A stretch of DNA of 64,000 bases. It comes from Gammaproteobacteria bacterium (GTDB lineage Bacteria; Pseudomonadota; Gammaproteobacteria; UBA6429; Thiohalophilaceae). The position numbers were made by a program, and so were the translations under genes. The first letter of the stretch is position 1, and each line of letters begins with the position of its first letter. The notes under the pieces are model-generated. The model saw nothing but the letters and a program-made list of their open reading frames with translations, was not told the origin of the DNA and did no database searches. The stretch spans positions 27,616 to 91,615 of the forward strand of contig JARRNT010000001.1 of the NCBI GenBank assembly GCA_037384645.1, written 5' to 3'. Shown here in pieces: positions 37,603-47,500 of this stretch.

Positions 37603-38238
37603 CTAGTCGGGATAGGCAACGCCGATACCGCCCAGCCCGCAATAACCGCCGGGATTCTTTGCCAGGTATTGCTGGTGATATTCTTCGGCATAATAAAATT
37701 CAGGCGCCGGCTGAATTTCCGTCGTGATTACCGCGCGCCCCGCCTCCTGCAGCGCTTGTTGAAAACGCTTCATGCTCTGTTCCGCGGCAGCGCGTTGTTC
37801 TTCACTGAAGACATAAATACCGGAACGGTACTGGGTACCGACATCGTTGCCCTGGCGCATTCCCTGGGTAGGATCATGGGATTCCCAGAATACTTTCAAC
37901 AGGTCATGGTAACTGACCTGTTTCGGATCATAAATCACCAGCACGACTTCATTATGCCCGGTATAGCCGGTACAGACTTCCTGGTAAGTAGGATTCGGTG
38001 TCAGGCCGCCTGCGTAACCCGCAGCAGTGGTATAAACACCGGGTGTTTGCCAGAACTTACGCTCAGCCCCCCAGAAACAGCCCAATCCAAACATGGCCTG
38101 TTGCAGTCCCTGAGGAAATGGCGGAGTGAGGGTATGACCGTTCACATAGTGTTGTTGCGGGACCTCGATCGGTGTATCACGTCCTGGCAAGGCCTCAGAC
38201 GGCGACGGCATAGACAGCATTTTTGCAAAACCCGCCAT
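37603..38238 (-). CDS. msrA: peptide-methionine (S)-S-oxide reductase MsrA
   Basis: '[14 protein letters not shown]' holds the active-site Cys, and the protein is collinear with E. coli MsrA. A GGAGGA RBS lies upstream of the ATG at 38238. Confidence 0.95.
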   Translation of the reverse strand: MAGFAKMLSMPSPSEALPGRDTPIEVPQQHYVNGHTLTPPFPQGLQQAMFGLGCFWGAERKFWQTPGVYTTAAGYAGGLTPNPTYQEVCTGYTGHNEVVLVIYDPKQVSYHDLLKVFWESHDPTQGMRQGNDVGTQYRSGIYVFSEEQRAAAEQSMKRFQQALQEAGRAVITTEIQPAPEFYYAEEYHQQYLAKNPGGYCGLGGIGVAYPD

Positions 38239-38418
38239 GATGTATCCTCCTGCAATCGGACTCACTAGTGTGCCCGGGCTTTGCGTAGCTGACAAGTACC
38301 ACACTCCCCTATATGGGGTCATGGATGTCGGTTTCGTCACACCACAATAAAAAGCCCGGCAGGCCGGAGAGGATGACAACATCAGCTGGAATCAGGATGC
38401 GCGATCCCTGTACAGGGT

Positions 38419-38670
38419 TCAATGCATGACGGCTCGCATGTGAACCCGTGCCCGCATCGGAAACTGGAGTATTCCCTGGTGACGACGCAGGTCGCGCAGA
38501 TACAGTTTGCCGCAACGATAGCCTTCACGAAAAGATAATTTGAGCTGCTCAACCCGGGTGATCTGTCCACCCTGCAGGGCATGCAGGAACCCCCGGCAAA
38601 AACGGTCTTCACGCAAATGTGACGGAATCTTGATCCCCACATCATGTGGGCTGGGGTAATGAGTCTGCAT
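38419..38670 (-). CDS. hypothetical basic protein (83 aa)
   Basis: The ATG at 38670 is preceded by GGAGG 6 nt upstream. The protein is rich in Arg and His and has no recognised motif. Confidence 0.45.
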   Translation of the reverse strand: MQTHYPSPHDVGIKIPSHLREDRFCRGFLHALQGGQITRVEQLKLSFREGYRCGKLYLRDLRRHQGILQFPMRARVHMRAVMH

Positions 38671-38753
38671 ATCCACCTCCTGGATTGGCAGCACTTCATA
38701 TCATATTTACGACCAGGCAGTGCCCAGACTTTAGCCGGCCAGGGGTGGAGGAA

Positions 38754-39380
38754 TTATGCAGCGGATGCAGAAGTATTATGGCTCATGGAAAATAACTTGT
38801 CTTTCGCATCTTCGTAGACTTTCTGTGGAATGACACCCTCTGCTGCCAGCCGACGCAGCATCCTGATCTCCCCGGCGATCTGCTGTTCGGGTTTGAGATC
38901 CCAAAAACTACGGGTCTTTTGCCGGTAGGTCTCGAAAGCCTCGTGAAATGCCTTGAAGCTCCGGTTATCCGGTTTCCCGATCAGAATGTCAAACAATGGC
39001 ACCCTGGAATATGCCGTATAATAAACCCGCTTACGTGCAAAATTCATAAACAGCATAAACAGGCCAATCAAGACGGCGACCACCAACACACCCAGAATAG
39101 CAAAGTCTACAATCTGGGCCTTGAGATCAAGCTGGGACTTAACCAGTAAATAAACCGGGATGGCTAACAAGCCAATCAGCGCCAGCCAGAACCAGGCCCA
39201 GGCGATTTGTAGACGGATTTTGCTTTTCTCAGCCAGCGCCAGCATCGGGACACTGAAGACTTTATTCCTGGATTTGCTGCCAATGGCGATACGGATATTT
39301 TTACCATTGACTATCTGGTATTCACGGATCTGACCATAACAGCCTAGTTGACGCAATTGTGCGTTGATCTCATTCGACAT
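38754..39380 (-). CDS. hypothetical membrane protein (208 aa, two central TM helices)
   Basis: 'IAWAWFWLALIGLLAIPVYLLV' and 'ILGVLVVAVLIGLFMLFM' are TM helices flanked by soluble N- and C-terminal domains. Confidence 0.5.
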   Translation of the reverse strand: MSNEINAQLRQLGCYGQIREYQIVNGKNIRIAIGSKSRNKVFSVPMLALAEKSKIRLQIAWAWFWLALIGLLAIPVYLLVKSQLDLKAQIVDFAILGVLVVAVLIGLFMLFMNFARKRVYYTAYSRVPLFDILIGKPDNRSFKAFHEAFETYRQKTRSFWDLKPEQQIAGEIRMLRRLAAEGVIPQKVYEDAKDKLFSMSHNTSASAA

Positions 39381-39396
39381 AATGATTAATTCGAAA

Positions 39397-40785
39397 TTAC
39401 AAACTTTGTTTCGGTATTTTATCCTGACTTATCATTGTTTTATCGTCATTCATAACGAGATCCTTGAGACTTTTTCCGGCCAGTATGTCCATCGCAGCAG
39501 CCTGGTAGGCATGGAACAGGGTTTCGGTTTCTTCGGAAAGTGTGATCCTGTCGGCATTCATGAACTCATCTTCATCCGCCTCCCGCACCACACGCAGGAT
39601 ATCTGTCAATGGCATGGACTCAGGTGCCTGGGCCGGCAAAAACGCGGGGATCTCAGCATCAGTACGCGACAATAGTCCAGACGTCACCAGGCTGTTGATG
39701 ATGGGATGCACCAGATCCGAGGCAATATTCATGGATTGCGCCAGTTCATGCGTATTCAGGGGGGGCTCGTGCCGGTAGTACCGGGTCACCACCGCTGCCA
39801 TCACGGCCAGGGCCAGTTTTTCCCTGATGCGATTACTGAGACTCATGTGACGGCGCTGGCGGGCACGAAAGTCAGGGTTCTGCAGATAGAATGAAATACT
39901 GGCACCGGTAAGCAGGATGGTCCAGCTGATGTACAACCAGATCATGAAAAAGAACAGGGTCGCAAAGGCCGAATAAATCGCTGTATAGTTTGCAGTAGTG
40001 ATAAATGAGGCAAACAACCAGCCAACGGTTTCCCATAATATGCCGGCCACCGTGGCACCCGCTAACGCATAACGTGGCTGTACACGCGTATTGGGGATAT
40101 AGATATAGATCACGGTAAAGGCCAGGATAATCAGTAAATACGGCAGCAGATGACTGACCAGGTCGATCACAACGCCGATTACCGGGCTGGTAGTAAGAAA
40201 CAAAAATACCTGGCTATGGGTAACAGTCGCGGTCAGGCCCATGGCGGAAAACACCAGTACCGGCCCGATCAGGACGACACTAAGATAATCACTGAAACGT
40301 CTGGCCAGGGAGCGATCCTCGGTAACGTGCCAGGTAAAATTAAATGCCGCCTCGATCTTTTGCATCAGCGAGATCACGGTATACAACAACATGGCGATAC
40401 CTACTGAGCCGAGCAGACCCGAGTTAATACCTTCCACAAAGTTGATAATCGTTTTAGTGATTTCATCACCGCGCTCACCAAGCGGCGTCAGAAAATTACG
40501 CAAATACAACTCAATCTGGGTATGCGCGCCAAAACCCTTGAGAACCGAAACGCTGACTGCCAGCAGCGGTACCAGCGACAGCAATGTAGTGTAGACCAGG
40601 CTCATCGCCCGCAGGCTGAGCTGACCGTCGAAGGCCACATCACGGATTGTCAGATAGGCAATACGCAGCGTGCTGATTCCGCATCTCTGCCATTTATTCA
40701 TCGTGCCCGGTTGTTTATCCCAGGTGAATTTATTAATACGCCGGGTCCAGTCTGTAATGATGTTGAGCATTGAGCAGGTTTCCAT
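39397..40785 (-). CDS. YihY/BrkB-family inner-membrane protein with C-terminal soluble extension
   Basis: 'LSLRAMSLVYTTLLSLVPLLAV' and 6 TM helices are typical of YihY. An approximately 150-aa C-terminal domain follows. Confidence 0.8.
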   Translation of the reverse strand: METCSMLNIITDWTRRINKFTWDKQPGTMNKWQRCGISTLRIAYLTIRDVAFDGQLSLRAMSLVYTTLLSLVPLLAVSVSVLKGFGAHTQIELYLRNFLTPLGERGDEITKTIINFVEGINSGLLGSVGIAMLLYTVISLMQKIEAAFNFTWHVTEDRSLARRFSDYLSVVLIGPVLVFSAMGLTATVTHSQVFLFLTTSPVIGVVIDLVSHLLPYLLIILAFTVIYIYIPNTRVQPRYALAGATVAGILWETVGWLFASFITTANYTAIYSAFATLFFFMIWLYISWTILLTGASISFYLQNPDFRARQRRHMSLSNRIREKLALAVMAAVVTRYYRHEPPLNTHELAQSMNIASDLVHPIINSLVTSGLLSRTDAEIPAFLPAQAPESMPLTDILRVVREADEDEFMNADRITLSEETETLFHAYQAAAMDILAGKSLKDLVMNDDKTMISQDKIPKQSL

Positions 40786-41038
40786 CGCTGGGATGTTTTG
40801 ATAAGTCTAACCGGTTTTAACAGGATTTACAGTGGCATGCCGACTGACGCCCTTTTAGCTGGTTGCACACTTCATGTTTTATTTGCTTATCGTATACTAA
40901 GCCATCAGTACACTTGCTTACGTGTTATGACTATTCAGAAATATTCTGATCCCGGGCCGCTTCCTGGATTAACACGCCGATGTACCAGGCATCCCCTTAA
41001 GGCCGGAATTACGAATGCGGACATGCTGTGCCGGGTGA

Positions 41039-42322
41039 CTACGTCATCACGTGCATGACGACCAGAGCCTGGTCGTCAGTCTGCTGTGAACCGTGTTGGT
41101 GCTGCTGCACGGCACTGACCAATGCCTGTTTGTAATCCTCTGCAGTGCCTGCGGTATCGCGCACCACCTGCTTGAAACGTTCGACTCCGAACTGTTTGCC
41201 CTGTGGTGAAAGCGCTTCGGTCATCCCATCGGTGTAACTAACCAGCACACTCCCCGGTTCAACCTGGATCTCCGTGTTTTGCCATTGCCAGCCCGGATCA
41301 ACCCCGAGCGGTATGCCACTGTTCTGTGCTAGTTCGACTAATTCTCCCTGCGGTGTTTTCAGAATCACTGGCGGATGTCCGGCATTGGCATAACGCAACA
41401 GCTTGCTGCGCGGATCATAGCTGATAATCGCGGCGGTGATAAACGAGCCCCTGAGTGTGCGCGTGAAAAAATAGCGATTGGTGTAGTTGAATACATTGGC
41501 AGGTCCGTTTTTCGGTGAGGCATGATAGGTACGCAACACGGCGTCAAACATGGCGATCTCCACTGCCGCGGCTGCGCCATGCCCGGAGGCATCGGCAATG
41601 ATGAGACCCCAGACATCGGCCTGGTCCCGGGGATAATCCGGATCAATAATGCGCGAGAGATTGACCAGGTCGAAATAATCCCCGCCGGCTACTTCGCAAA
41701 ACGAGACATAGCTGGCGACTTCCGTACCGTTCAGGTGGATATCTTCCTGCGGCAACAACAGGCGGTGCAGGCGGCCGATGTCATGCAATTCACGCTCGAT
41801 CCAGGCGTTGGCCGCCGCCAATGCTTCGGTCTCGTCGATTCTGGCCATGTAGGTATTAGCCAGATTCGCCAGCAACATCGCCTGTTCCAGATCGACCTGG
41901 GTAAACTGGCCAGGATGTTCGCCGAGCACGAATACCCATCGGTGTATGCGACCGTCAAGGAACAGGGGGATGGTCATCAGGCTGGCATCGGGCAGGCGAT
42001 TTTTGCACAGCAGCATCTTGAATGATGGTTCGATGGTATCTATGATGCTGGCCTGCCCCAATTGCATCAACTGGCTGGCCTGTGCGTTTTCCAACAGCAT
42101 TTCATCATCCAGATGGCTCTCAACCCGGGCGGCAGCCGGATCGCCGGCGCGAAAAATCATCCGGATCCGACAACGGCCCGTTTCTTCATCGCGCTCCAGA
42201 CTGAGAAATGAGCTCTCACCGTATACCGTATGAAAGCAGTGCGCAAAGGCCTGCAGCGCATTGGCATGGCTGAGGCGACTGTCGCTAAGTTTGCGAATAT
42301 GCGCCACTAATTCCTGAATCAT
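41039..42322 (-). CDS. PP2C/SpoIIE-family protein phosphatase with N-terminal GAF-like sensor domain
   Basis: 'VAGGDYFD', 'IADASGHGAAAA', 'YANAGHPP', 'YTDGMTEA' and 'DDQALVVM' are PP2C metal-binding motifs. Confidence 0.85.
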   Translation of the reverse strand: MIQELVAHIRKLSDSRLSHANALQAFAHCFHTVYGESSFLSLERDEETGRCRIRMIFRAGDPAAARVESHLDDEMLLENAQASQLMQLGQASIIDTIEPSFKMLLCKNRLPDASLMTIPLFLDGRIHRWVFVLGEHPGQFTQVDLEQAMLLANLANTYMARIDETEALAAANAWIERELHDIGRLHRLLLPQEDIHLNGTEVASYVSFCEVAGGDYFDLVNLSRIIDPDYPRDQADVWGLIIADASGHGAAAAVEIAMFDAVLRTYHASPKNGPANVFNYTNRYFFTRTLRGSFITAAIISYDPRSKLLRYANAGHPPVILKTPQGELVELAQNSGIPLGVDPGWQWQNTEIQVEPGSVLVSYTDGMTEALSPQGKQFGVERFKQVVRDTAGTAEDYKQALVSAVQQHQHGSQQTDDQALVVMHVMT

Positions 42323-42433
42323 ATTGTTTATCGGGTTCTATGCGAGCTGGATATATATTACACTTTGAATCTGAAATTCATCCATCCGTCCTCAACGGAC
42401 ATTTTTTACCGTCACCGATACGAAGGATTCCCC

Positions 42434-42913
42434 ATGACAATCAGCACCAACAAAGTTGTTACTTTGGACTATACACTTACCGATGACAACGGTGAAATTC
42501 TGGATCAATCCCGCGACGGCCAGTTCGCTTACCTGCATGGTGCCAGCAATATTATCCCGGGTCTGGAAAATGCACTGACTGGCAAATCAGAAGGCGACAG
42601 TCTCAACGTCAAGGTCAGTCCCGATCAGGGTTATGGTGTGCGAGACGAGAATCTGAGCCAGGTCGTGAATATCGACATGTTCGAATCGCCGAAAGACGTG
42701 CAGGTCGGCCTGCAATTCCAGGCGGAATCCGCCGACGGGAATCGTATCGTCATCACTGTCACCAACATCGACGGCGAACAGGTCACGATCGACGGCAACC
42801 ATCCGCTCGCCGGGGTAAATCTGAATTTTGATGTCACGGTGGTGGGCGTACGCGATGCCACTGAACAGGAAATCACCCACAAACATGTCCACGCCCACGG
42901 GCACGATCACTGA
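42434..42913 (+). CDS. slyD: FKBP-type peptidyl-prolyl isomerase SlyD-like with His-rich tail
   Basis: 'VVTLDYTLTDDNGEILDQS...FAYLHGASNIIPGLENAL', an IF-domain insert and a C-terminal 'HKHVHAHGHDH' tail. GAAGGA RBS upstream. Confidence 0.85.
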   Translation: MTISTNKVVTLDYTLTDDNGEILDQSRDGQFAYLHGASNIIPGLENALTGKSEGDSLNVKVSPDQGYGVRDENLSQVVNIDMFESPKDVQVGLQFQAESADGNRIVITVTNIDGEQVTIDGNHPLAGVNLNFDVTVVGVRDATEQEITHKHVHAHGHDH

Positions 42914-43065
42914 TCGCCCCGTGCGAGTAATCGTCTTGTGATTTTCTGCCACTTGCCGGTCAGCCAACAGCACGCTGTATGACCGGCCGGTGGCATAGGA
43001 AATGCATTGATTCATGCAGGCTCATCAGCGTGCCGAATTACCGGCAGGTACTGCGAGGAGGTCGC

Positions 43066-43290
43066 ATGAAACCCATCCCGCTCCAGCTCGTGACGATCCA
43101 ACTGGAAAATGGCCAACATGGTATTTTTGTTGGGCTGCCACTCATCCCGGACCTCAGCCAGGACGCTCAAAACCAGGTCAGTGAGCTCTGGTTCTCCAAT
43201 GTGAAGGGGATCGCGGAGAATATGTCGGTCGATCAGCTAATGGCCCTGGTCCAATCCCAACTATGCCGTTGTCTGGGTGAAATGCACTAA
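43066..43290 (+). CDS. hypothetical protein (74 aa)
   Basis: The ATG at 43066 is preceded by GAGGAGG. Sequence 'MKPIPLQLVTIQLENGQHGIFVG...'. Confidence 0.4.
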   Translation: MKPIPLQLVTIQLENGQHGIFVGLPLIPDLSQDAQNQVSELWFSNVKGIAENMSVDQLMALVQSQLCRCLGEMH

Positions 43291-43362
43291 AGCGGTTCCC
43301 GGGCAGGTCCTGGCACGGTTTTGATGCACCACCGCGTGCGCAGCGGCAGCCGCATGCCGGTA

Positions 43363-44289
43363 TTAGTAATTGTCTGAAAGCCGCTTGCGCATCTGGATCT
43401 TGCGGATATCGCCCTTGCGAACGCGGTAAACGAAGCTGCCATTATAGAGCTTCATGTCCAGAACCAGGCTGTATCTGTCCACCTTGCGTAACAGGCCGCG
43501 TTGCTTGTCGCCGTTTTTGAGGGTAATGATAAAATATCGGCCAATATAATGTGAGACCCGGCTCAGGCTGACCGTAACCTTGTCAGACGGCACCTTTTGC
43601 TTCTGTGCCAGCGGATCCGGCTTGACCTGGTTGATATTGGGCACAGGTTCGGATGGCGGGTCATCCGCCGGATCTGAATTTGATGGCTGAGTACTCGCCG
43701 GCGGGTCCTGTGCGGGTGCTGCGCTGGCTAACGTTTTGGGTTTTGCCTGCGCTTTGGCTTCCGGCTTGTCGGCCTTGGCAAGCGGCCTGGCCGCGCTCAC
43801 CTGCCTGGTCGTAGCAACTGGATCTGTCGGCTTCGCCTGGGTACTGGCCAATTTGGCATCCGTTTTGGTGGCCTGCTTATTCGGTTGCGGCACCCTGTCC
43901 GCCGCCGGGCTTACCGGTTTGGTCTGCGGGGCAAACAGGTCTCCTTGCGAACCCTGCATTGCGCGACTGACCAGCTGGAAGGCCTGGTCTGGACGTAATT
44001 CCCCCTTGTGCATCTTTTCGGTGATCTGCTGCATGTTGCCCAGACCAACCTGGCTGTAAATAAAAATCAGCGTGCCGAAGGACAACAGGAAAGTGGATAT
44101 GTACAGGAGAAACGGTTTACGCGCCTCAAACCAGTTAACAAGCGAGAAGACAATGGCTGTAATCGGTGATAACAGCAGGACCAGCAGGCCCCAGACCACG
44201 CCCCGTTTAAACGCCACGATTGCCAACCATAGAAACCCGACGAGGTTGAGCACGGAAAACACGATAAACAGCACGAGATATATATTCAT
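43363..44289 (-). CDS. membrane protein with long Pro/Ala/Lys/Gln-rich linker and small C-terminal beta-rich domain
   Basis: Three N-terminal TM helices are followed by an approximately 130-aa low-complexity region ('KPTDPVATT...AKAQAKPK...') and then 'YFIITLKNGDKQRGLLRKVD...'. Confidence 0.55.
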   Translation of the reverse strand: MNIYLVLFIVFSVLNLVGFLWLAIVAFKRGVVWGLLVLLLSPITAIVFSLVNWFEARKPFLLYISTFLLSFGTLIFIYSQVGLGNMQQITEKMHKGELRPDQAFQLVSRAMQGSQGDLFAPQTKPVSPAADRVPQPNKQATKTDAKLASTQAKPTDPVATTRQVSAARPLAKADKPEAKAQAKPKTLASAAPAQDPPASTQPSNSDPADDPPSEPVPNINQVKPDPLAQKQKVPSDKVTVSLSRVSHYIGRYFIITLKNGDKQRGLLRKVDRYSLVLDMKLYNGSFVYRVRKGDIRKIQMRKRLSDNY

Positions 44290-44546
44290 GGGGATGGTCT
44301 CTTCAAACGTAACGATCTTGCCATCAGCAGGATTCTAAAGGTTAACGGTATAATAGCAAATGGCTTTAGAATTTAGTCAGTTACAAGCAGAAAACGTTCT
44401 GCACCGGATGCCAGACTGTGATCGCTGACACAACCCGTGAAAACCACGGCTAAATCGAACACCACCCTGGCAGGCACAAATCCCGTATCAACAGGCTGGC
44501 CTGAGGCGCTGTAAATGATTAAGCTTTGGACGCGGCAGCCAAATTC

Positions 44547-47500
44547 ATGCGCAAACAGAGCAAAACAGTGACACCCCCAGATACGTTTCATTCGGTCACC
44601 ACACGCTGGTTTTCACAGCAGTTCGCTGCGGCCAGCGAAGTGCAGGTCCGGGCCTGGAAATCGATTGCCAGTGGCCAGTCCACCCTGATCGCCGCCCCCA
44701 CCGGTTCGGGTAAAACCCTGGCAGCGTTTCTCGCGATTATCGATCAACTGATCCAGGAAGGTCTGCAGTCCGGCCTCAGTGATGAAACACGGGTCCTGTA
44801 TATCTCCCCGCTGAAGGCCCTGTCCAATGACGTACAAAAGAACCTGCAACTGCCGCTCAACGGGATTCGTGATGAACTCCTGCACGCCGGTCTGCCGGAT
44901 GTCCCCATCAATGCCTGGGTCCGGACCGGCGACACCAGTCAGGCCGAACGCGAACGGATGCGTCGACGGCCCCCGCATATCATTGTCACCACTCCGGAAT
45001 CCCTTTACCTGTTACTCAGCGCCGAATCCGGGCGCCAGATGTTGCGCAATGTACGCAGTGTGATCGTTGATGAAATCCACGCCCTGGCCGGCAACAAACG
45101 CGGCGCCCACCTGAGCCTGTCACTGGAGCGTCTCGATCAGTTATGCCGCAACCAGCAGGATCGTGCGCCGGTGCGTATTGGCATCTCCGCGACGCAAAAA
45201 CCCATTGAGGCCATGGCCCAATTCCTCATGGGCACACGCACAAACCAGATCGACATTATTGATAGCGGCCATGCGCGCGAACGTGACCTGGCCATCGAAT
45301 TGCCGCCCTCGCCCGTCGAGACAGTCATGGCGAATGAAGTCTGGGACGAGGTGTACAATCGCCTGCAGCAATTGATCGAATCTCATGCAACCACGCTGAT
45401 CTTCGTCAACACCCGGCGCCTGGCCGAACGCGCGGCCCACCACCTGGCGGAACGGCTCGGTGAGGATGCCGTAACCTCCCATCACGGCTCACTCTCGCGC
45501 AAGCATCGCCTGCGTGCAGAACAACAACTCAAACAGGGCCAGTTGCGGGCCCTGATCGCGACTGCCTCACTGGAACTTGGCATCGATATCGGCCATGTGG
45601 ATCTGGTCTGTCAGCTGGGCTCACCGCGGGCTATTGCCAGTTTCCTACAACGCGTGGGGCGCTCCGGCCACCGCCTCAATGCCCTACCCAAGGGCCGGCT
45701 ATTTCCACTGTCCCATAATGACCTGCTGGAATGCATCGCACTGCTGGACGCTATCCAGCGCGACGAACTGGACCATATTCGCATCCCGTCACAACCACTG
45801 GATGTGCTCGCCCAGCAGATCGTGGCAGAGGTCGCGTCCCGCGACTGGCGTGGCCGGGAGCTCTATGCCGCGTATAAACGGGCCTGGCCTTATCGGGATT
45901 TAAGCGAAGAAACCTTTTCCCGGGTCGTGCGCATGCTCAGCGAAGGCTATAGTACCCGTCGTGGCCGACGCGGTGCCTATTTACATCGGGACATCGTCAA
46001 TGACCAGCTACGCGCGCGGCGCGGTGCGCGTCTGGTTGCCCTGACCAATGGTGGCGCCATCCCTGATCAGTTTGATTACGATGTGATCCTGCAACCCGAA
46101 GGCAGTTTTGTCGGATCGTTGAATGAGGATTTTGCCTTCGAAAGCCTGCCCGGCGATATTTTCCAGTTGGGTAACACGTCTTACCGGATTCAGAAGATCG
46201 AACAGGGCAAGGTCTTTGTCGAAGACGCCCACGGCCAGCCACCAAATATTCCATTCTGGTTTGGTGAGGCCCCCGGCCGCAGCGATGAATTATCCCGTGC
46301 CGTCTCACGCCTGTTGCAGCACAGTGAAACAGTCCTGAACGAGGGCGCGGAAGCCACACAAGCCTGGCTGCAGCAGGACTTTGCCCTGGACCCGCCTGCG
46401 GCCAGCCAGCTTGCCACCTATCTGCTCAGTGCCCGGGCGGCGCTGGGCAGTCTGCCGTCGCAGGATCACATCATTCTCGAACGCTTCTTTGATGAAGCCG
46501 GCGATATGCACCTGGTGATCCACTCGCCTTTCGGTTCACGCCTGAACCGGGCCTGGGGTCTGGCCCTGCGCAAGCGATTTTGCCGCCAGTTCAATTTCGA
46601 GTTGCAGGCCGCCGCCACCGACAACAGTATCGTGTTGTCACTGGGCCCTACCCACAGTTTTGCCCTGGACGAAGTCGTACAGTATTTAAATAGTAAAAGC
46701 CTGCGCCAGGTCCTGATCCAGGCCCTGCTCGATGCACCGATGTTTGCCACGCGCTGGCGCTGGAATGCCAACATTTCCCTGGCAGTGCCACGCAATCGCA
46801 ATGGCAGACGTATCCCTGCCCAGTTTCAGCGTAGCGACGCCGAAGATCTCGTCGCCCTGGTATTCCCGGATCAACTCGCCTGCCTGGAAAATATCCGTGG
46901 CGATCGTGAAATCCCCGATCACCCCCTGGTGCAACAGACCCTGCACGATTGTTTATACGACAACATGGACATCGAGGGCCTGGAGAAACTGTATGCCCGC
47001 ATCGAACGCGGCGAGGTCAGGATCAGCTGCTGCGACCTCGCCGGCCCGTCTCCGCTTTGCGGCGAGATCCTGACTGCGCGTCCTTACGCCTTCCTGGATG
47101 ATGGTGCAGCCGAAGAGCGGCGCACGCTCAATGTGAAACAGGCACGCTTCGCCGATCCGCAATCGGCCAGCGAACTGGGCAAACTCAATCCACTGGCCAT
47201 TGCCCAGATTAAACAGGAGGCCTGGCCCGAGGCACGCAACACGGATGAACTCTATGATGCCCTGGTGCTGCTTGGCTTCATCACCGACGCGGAAATGCAT
47301 TCACAATGGTATGCATTTTTCCAGCAGTTACAACAGGAGCAACGCGCCGTGCAGATCAAAACCCCGGCGCAAAAGCTATATATCAGTGCAGAACGCCTGC
47401 AGGAAGTCAGCACCCTGTATGGTATCGAGACGCCTGAACTGACTATCCCGCTAATCCGCCAGCATGCCCAACTGGATGCTGAGACGGCCCTGGTCAACCT

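Noticed and set aside
37591-38268. 225-aa plus-strand ORF
   Set aside because: It runs antisense to msrA, which has the GCFWG active site and a strong RBS. No motif of its own was found.
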